This document shows positions 28,716 to 33,535 of a DNA stretch of 33,535 nucleotides, in pieces. Position numbers and translations under genes: made by a program. The stretch lies in assembly GCA_050012475.1 (NCBI GenBank), contig JBEKHC010000052.1:1-33535 (forward strand). The letters are read 5' to 3'. The stretch comes from Candidatus Velthaea sp. (lineage in GTDB: Bacteria; Vulcanimicrobiota; Vulcanimicrobiia; Vulcanimicrobiales; Vulcanimicrobiaceae). How positions within the stretch are numbered: the stretch's first letter is position 1; each line of letters opens with the position of its first letter. The notes under the pieces were generated by a model. That model was not told the DNA's origin and made no database searches. It saw nothing but the letters and a program-made list of their open reading frames with translations.

Positions 28716-30434
28716 TCACGGCGTGAACGTGCGGAGCAGCGGGATGCCCGAGATCGTCAAGCGCTGCGCGAAGCCGCCGGCGAACGTATCGAAGCGGTAG
28801 CGCTCGGGCGACCAGCGTTCGCCGACACCGTAGGTGTCCGGCCCGGCCGGCCACAGCAGGCCCGTTTGGTCGAGCCACAGCTGCCCGTGCCGGATCAAGA
28901 TGCGCACGTTGAGCGGATCTTCGTACAAGCGGTAGTGCCCGGCGAGCGGGGTGAGATTCGGCGCACCGGCGTCGCCGTTGTCGCCGCGATAGGCATCGGT
29001 GCGATACCAATCGTTCAAGTAAAACAGTTCGACGACGCGCAAGCGGTCGTCGCGAAAGAAGTCGACGGTGGATAGCGCGAATTTTGGCGAATCGACATAA
29101 AAGCTGTCGCCGCCGCGATTGTAGGCGCGATGCTCGCTGCCGTCGGGGTCGCGCAACACCAGCGCGGCACCGCGATCGACGAACGTCAACGTGCGCCCGT
29201 CGCGCGCCCGAAACGTTTTCGCATAGTCGATCGCGTTGCTGATCGCCGGTGCGGCGCCGGCAACGAGCGGCGCGGGCAACGGCTGCCCGGCGCGCTGGGC
29301 GCGGGCTGCGCGCAGCGCGTACTCGACCACGGGACACGGGCGCGGCCCCAGCGCTCCGTGATTGCTGAGCGCCACGGCGGCGATCCCTTCATCAACGTCC
29401 GCTTCGAGGCAGGCCGTAAACTGATTCGTCCCGCCGGTGTGGCCGATCACGCGGTGACCGTCGAGGGTTTGTTCCGCCAGGCCGTAGCCGTAACGGCTGT
29501 ATAAGCCCGCGGCGCCCGGCCCGCTGGCATCGACGATCGCATGCGTGAGGGTCGCAAAGGCTTGCGGCGACAAGATGCGCGCTCCGTTGAAGGTGCCGTC
29601 GCCGAGCAAAAAACGCGCGTAGTTGGCCATATCGGCAGCCGTCGACAGCACGAAGCTGTCCGGATCGTCGGTCTCGATCCAACCGGTGGGCGCGACCGGA
29701 TGCCCAGGCGGCGAAGGCCGGTCGTCGAAGGCGTAGTCGTAACCGGTTGCTGCGCGTGCGCGATTCCCCTGCGTGTATGCGGGCTCGCTGCGCACCATGC
29801 CCAGCGGCTCAAATACGCGATCGGTAACGATCTTTGCCCACGGCCGCCCCTCGATGCGTTCGAGCGCGGTACCGAGGGCGACGTAGCCGAGATTCGAATA
29901 CCACCAGTGCGCGCCGGGCGGGTACGTCAACGCCAGTCCGCTCGCGAACGCCACCTGCGCTCGGCCGTAGGAAAAAGCATCGGGCAGTCCGCTGGTGTGC
30001 GTCAACACGTCGTCGCCGGTGAGCGGGCGCCAGCGCGTCTGCGGGTGGAATTCGGGAACGTAGCGCGCCAGCGGCGCATGCGGATCGAACGCACCGCGAT
30101 CGGCTGCCGCCAACAAGGCGAGCGCGGTCATCGACTTGGTGATCGAACCGATCCCGAACAGCGTCGTTTCGGTTACCGGCGCGCCGGTTTCGAGGTTGGC
30201 CTTGCCGTAGCCGGCAAGTTTGAGCACGTGCGTCCGGTCGACGAGCGCCAGCGTGAGACCGGGGATGTTTTCCTGGTGCATGAACGCGTCAACCGATGCG
30301 TCGATGTTCGCGCTCAGATCGGCAGCCGTGGGCGCGGCGCGCGCCGGCAGCAAGGTGGCAACGAGCAGCACGGCGAGCAGACCGCTCGCGGCGGGTCGCG
30401 CCCAGCGGACGACCGCCGGCGAAGCGTTAGCCAA
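28716..30434 (-). CDS. Exported serine hydrolase, beta-lactamase/AmpC-like family
   Basis: Signal peptide ending PARA; SITK (SxxK), YSN, HTG motifs; probable TTG start overlapping the upstream stop (start uncertain). Confidence 0.88.
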   Translation of the reverse strand: MANASPAVVRWARPAASGLLAVLLVATLLPARAAPTAADLSANIDASVDAFMHQENIPGLTLALVDRTHVLKLAGYGKANLETGAPVTETTLFGIGSITKSMTALALLAAADRGAFDPHAPLARYVPEFHPQTRWRPLTGDDVLTHTSGLPDAFSYGRAQVAFASGLALTYPPGAHWWYSNLGYVALGTALERIEGRPWAKIVTDRVFEPLGMVRSEPAYTQGNRARAATGYDYAFDDRPSPPGHPVAPTGWIETDDPDSFVLSTAADMANYARFLLGDGTFNGARILSPQAFATLTHAIVDASGPGAAGLYSRYGYGLAEQTLDGHRVIGHTGGTNQFTACLEADVDEGIAAVALSNHGALGPRPCPVVEYALRAARAQRAGQPLPAPLVAGAAPAISNAIDYAKTFRARDGRTLTFVDRGAALVLRDPDGSEHRAYNRGGDSFYVDSPKFALSTVDFFRDDRLRVVELFYLNDWYRTDAYRGDNGDAGAPNLTPLAGHYRLYEDPLNVRILIRHGQLWLDQTGLLWPAGPDTYGVGERWSPERYRFDTFAGGFAQRLTISGIPLLRTFTP

Positions 30435-31527
30435 CGGGCAGCCGCTCGAGCGGCGCGATGCCGATCTCGGCGGCGAGCGCATCGAGATCTTCCCACACTT
30501 TGAGCAGCAGCGGGATGCCGTCACGGCGATACTCGATGGTTCGCTCGTGCTCGATCTCCCCGGCAACGTAGATGCGGTCGCAGCCCGGCGCCTTCGCGCT
30601 GTTTTTGAAATCACGCAGTTCGCGATCCATGTCGCGCTTGAACTCGGCGAGGTCGCGCATGGCGTCGACGCGCATCGCACCGAACCAGTGCGCCGTGATG
30701 CCGCCTGCCTGCTCCGGGCCTTCGGGCGTGCTCAACGCCGTCCCAAACGTCCCGCCGGACAGCACGCCGCACAAGATCTCGCTCAAGACGCCCAGACCGT
30801 ACCCTTTGTGACCGCCGTTTTCGGTGCCGTACCCGCCCAGCGGTAAGAGAGCGCCCTTGAAACGCGCCTCGGTCGGATCGTCGGTAGGACGTCCATCGGC
30901 GCCGACCGCCCAGCCCGGCTTGAGTTTGAGCCCTTTGCGTTCGGACACTTCGAGTTTTCCGTAGGTCACCGTCGAGGTCGCGAAATCGAGAACGAACGGC
31001 GTTTCGTCGCCGGCCGGAACGGCGTAGGCAAACGGATTGGTGCCTTGCATCTTCTCGCGTCCGAACGTCGAGGTGACGAAGTGCGCCGAGTCGGTCGACG
31101 ACATACCGATCATGTCGTGTTCGAGCGCCATCATCGCGTAGTAGCCGGCGATGCCGTAATGGTTGGAATTGCGCACGGCGGCAAAAGCGATTCCGTGCTG
31201 GTCGGCCAGCGCGATCGCCTTCTTCATCGCGACGATCGACGCCGGGTGGCCCAAACCGTTGTCGGCGTCCAGCAAGAACGACGCCGGCGTTTCGCGCACC
31301 ACCCGATAGGACGGCTTGCTTTTGATGGTGCCCAGCCGAATCCGATCGACGTAGAACCAGCGCAGCCGCGCGATCCCGTGTGACTCGATCCCGCGCAGAT
31401 CCGCTGCGAGCAGCACGTCGGCAACGTCGCGCGCTTGGGCCGCATCGACGCCCACCGTCGTGAGCGCCAATTCGATAAAAGCCCGCTCGTCGTCGGCACG
31501 CGCGCGCACCGTCTGGGATTCGATCAT
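30427..31527 (-). CDS. Ldh2-family oxidoreductase (type 2 malate/L-lactate dehydrogenase, ComC/AllD-like)
   Basis: ADLRGIESHG, RNSNHYG, GTNPFA, LDFATS, GGHKGYGL, IYVAGEIE; alternative start at 31581. Confidence 0.92.
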   Translation of the reverse strand: MIESQTVRARADDERAFIELALTTVGVDAAQARDVADVLLAADLRGIESHGIARLRWFYVDRIRLGTIKSKPSYRVVRETPASFLLDADNGLGHPASIVAMKKAIALADQHGIAFAAVRNSNHYGIAGYYAMMALEHDMIGMSSTDSAHFVTSTFGREKMQGTNPFAYAVPAGDETPFVLDFATSTVTYGKLEVSERKGLKLKPGWAVGADGRPTDDPTEARFKGALLPLGGYGTENGGHKGYGLGVLSEILCGVLSGGTFGTALSTPEGPEQAGGITAHWFGAMRVDAMRDLAEFKRDMDRELRDFKNSAKAPGCDRIYVAGEIEHERTIEYRRDGIPLLLKVWEDLDALAAEIGIAPLERLPVG

Positions 31528-31649
31528 GAGCCTGCATTGCTCGTCGCGAACCTGCCTCTCCTCGATGAATGACGGGCGCATGCTTCGTTCACACCCGGAC
31601 CGGCCGCCGGCAGAGGACGGTCCTCTCCGGAAAACTCCGCCGGCGCTTG

Positions 31650-31677
31650 TAACGCTGCGCGCCCGAAGTGCCGATAT
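31650..31677 (+). promoter_or_regulatory. Putative sigma28 (FliA/SigD) promoter
   Basis: TAAC-N16-GCCGATAT versus SigD consensus TAAA-N15/16-GCCGATAW, 76 bp before the GGDEF-EAL ATG. Confidence 0.5.
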
Positions 31678-31753
31678 TTCCCTTGATGCCCCAGCAGTGC
31701 GGTTCGAGAAGCGGGGTCCACCGACACACCAGGCGACGTGCCGGACGTGCGGT

Positions 31754-33421
31754 ATGACCGCGCGCCTCACGTACATCCCAGCCGGGTTCATTTTGGGCGC
31801 TGCCTTCCCGCTCTGTGCGCTAGTCTTCGCGCATCTTGCCGGTGCCGGTCCGGCCGGCGTCGACTTCGGAACCTACGCGGCCCAAGCTCAAGCCGCTCAG
31901 CCGCTGTACTATCTGCTCGACGCCGCACCGCTGCTGCTGGCGTTCGCCGGCTTTGTCCTCGGCGGAAAATACGACCGCCTGGCACACACCGCCGCGACGC
32001 TGCGGCGCGATGTCGGCAAGAAGTCCGAAGCGCTAGCCCGCGTCGCCAACGACCTCGAGGCGCGCAAGCGGCTCGAGCAGCAGCTCGCCCATCAAGCCTT
32101 TCACGATCCGCTCACGCACCTGGCCAATCGCGCGCTCTTCACCAACCGCACCGAGCACGCGCTCATCCGGTCGGGCAGCAAAAAGCAAGAAGTCGCCGTG
32201 CTCATGCTGGGTCTCGACGATTTCAAGACGGTCAACGACACGCTCGGCCACGATGTGGGCGACCGCGTGCTCATCAGCGTCGCTCAGCGTCTGTCGACGA
32301 TCGTGCGCCCCGGCGACACGCTGGCCCGGATCGCCGGCGACGAGTTCGGGCTGCTGCTCGAGCGCATCGCAAACGTTCAAGAAGCATCCGCCATCGCGCA
32401 GAAGCTCATCGACGCAATGGCACTGCCGATCAAGTTCAAACAGCGCGAAGTCCGCGTGAGCATGAGCGTCGGCGTCGTCTGCGGCCGCGCCGATTCGCGC
32501 GTCGACACGATGTTGCGCGACGCCGGCCTCGCGATGAAAGAAGCCAAAGATCGCGGCAAGTCCTGCTTGCGCGTGTTCCGGCCCGAAGTCCACGCGGCCG
32601 TGCTCGAACGCGTCAAGCTCACTGCCGATCTGCAGCACGCGCTCGAACACCAAGAGTTCTTCCTGATGTATCAGCCGATCGTCGATCTGCGCTCGGAACG
32701 CATCGTGGGCATGGAGGCGCTCGTGCGCTGGAACCATCCCAAGCGCGGGATGATCCCGCCCCAGGACTTCATCAAGCTGGCCGAAGACACGAACGCGATC
32801 GTCCCCCTCGGAAGTTGGATTTTGAAGACCGCCTGCCGTCAAATCAAAGCCTGGCACGGCGCCCGCCCGACCGGCAATCCGCTCACCGTCACCGTCAACG
32901 TATCGCCGATTCAACTCGCGCACCACACCTTCATCGAAGACGTCCGTTCGGCGCTCGTGACCACCGGCATCCTGCCCAGCAGTCTCATCTTGGAGATCAC
33001 CGAATCCGCCCTCGTCGACGACCGGGCCGAAAATCTGGCGCTCTTCAACGAGCTCAAATCGCTCGGCATCCGGCTCGCCATCGACGATTTCGGCACCGGC
33101 TACTCATCGCTGAGTTATCTGCAGCGCTTCCCGTTCGACATCCTCAAGATCGACAAATCGTTCGTCGACGGAGTGGCCGGCGGCGGCACCGACGTCGCCT
33201 TCGCGCGCACGATCATCGCCCTCGGCGGAATGCTCGAACTGCGCGTGCTCGCCGAAGGGATCGAGCACGCCAATCAGCATGCGATGCTCAAAGAATTGGG
33301 CTGCCAATACGGCCAGGGTTATCTGTTCTCCAAACCGCTCGACACCGTGTCGATGACGGCCCTGCTCGATTCACCACGCGCAATGGGCGAGTCACCCTTC
33401 GCCGTCGCCGCCTCGTTCTAA
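31754..33421 (+). CDS. Membrane-anchored GGDEF-EAL protein (probable c-di-GMP phosphodiesterase)
   Basis: Two N-terminal TM segments; HDPLTHLANR, RIAGDEF; EALVRW, DDFGTGYSS, KIDKSF, EGIE, QGYLFSKP. Confidence 0.93.
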   Translation: MTARLTYIPAGFILGAAFPLCALVFAHLAGAGPAGVDFGTYAAQAQAAQPLYYLLDAAPLLLAFAGFVLGGKYDRLAHTAATLRRDVGKKSEALARVANDLEARKRLEQQLAHQAFHDPLTHLANRALFTNRTEHALIRSGSKKQEVAVLMLGLDDFKTVNDTLGHDVGDRVLISVAQRLSTIVRPGDTLARIAGDEFGLLLERIANVQEASAIAQKLIDAMALPIKFKQREVRVSMSVGVVCGRADSRVDTMLRDAGLAMKEAKDRGKSCLRVFRPEVHAAVLERVKLTADLQHALEHQEFFLMYQPIVDLRSERIVGMEALVRWNHPKRGMIPPQDFIKLAEDTNAIVPLGSWILKTACRQIKAWHGARPTGNPLTVTVNVSPIQLAHHTFIEDVRSALVTTGILPSSLILEITESALVDDRAENLALFNELKSLGIRLAIDDFGTGYSSLSYLQRFPFDILKIDKSFVDGVAGGGTDVAFARTIIALGGMLELRVLAEGIEHANQHAMLKELGCQYGQGYLFSKPLDTVSMTALLDSPRAMGESPFAVAASF

Positions 33422-33535
33422 CCCCACAACCAGACCCGCATCGGCTTGCACGCAGCGCAAATGCCATCTGCGGCTCGGCCATATGCGGCTCGGCGCGAAG
33501 CGCCCAACGCCACGGCTTCGGCGCAGCCGAACGCA
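33422..33535. repeat. REP-like palindromic element (runs to window edge)
   Basis: TGCGGCTCGGC twice; CGGCTTCGGCGCAGCCGAACGC is nearly the reverse complement of GCGTTCGGCTGCGCCGAGCCG at 7976-7996. Confidence 0.65.

Noticed and set aside
28716..30434. Antibiotic-resistance beta-lactamase
   Set aside because: The SxxK/YxN/HTG motifs are shared by many esterases and peptidases, and the long C-terminal extension argues against a true AmpC.
502..33307. Many long overlapping or antisense ORFs in the track (e.g. 502-1749 -, 3699-4907 +, 5041-6267 +, 14614-16617 +, 20116-21363 -)
   Set aside because: They are shadow frames of well-supported genes in high-GC DNA, Arg/Ala/Pro-rich and without family motifs.

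Overview
High-GC bacterial chromosomal window from a diderm (it encodes a NodT/TolC outer-membrane lipoprotein). It is very probably a chlorophototroph: bchM and acsF sit together after a Crp/Fnr gene, with no other photosynthesis genes in the window. This arrangement fits, but does not prove, a lineage with dispersed bch genes such as Eremiobacterota/Vulcanimicrobiota. Most of the rest is ordinary metabolism and transport: Old Yellow Enzyme, DUF1479, bcp, ManA, SDR, Tat beta-carbonic anhydrase, an RND pump, CPA1 antiporter, GH13 amylase, enoyl-CoA hydratase, threonine aldolase, Zn-dehydrogenase, serine hydrolase, Ldh2 oxidoreductase and GGDEF-EAL. Less obvious items are: (1) an integrase-less ~1.5 kb island (XRE regulator + Uma2 nuclease) bounded by a 50-bp duplication of the bcp 3' end with mostly synonymous differences; (2) a candidate ~180-nt multi-hairpin RNA at 24645-24825; (3) a dispersed REP-like palindrome family at five sites; (4) an orphan disordered repeat protein with eukaryote-like linear motifs; (5) a metallothionein-like gene, an unlisted 55-aa acidic microprotein, a frameshifted glycerate kinase relic, and two small exported proteins flanking the RND operon. 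All calls come from motif recognition by eye; no database searches were run.
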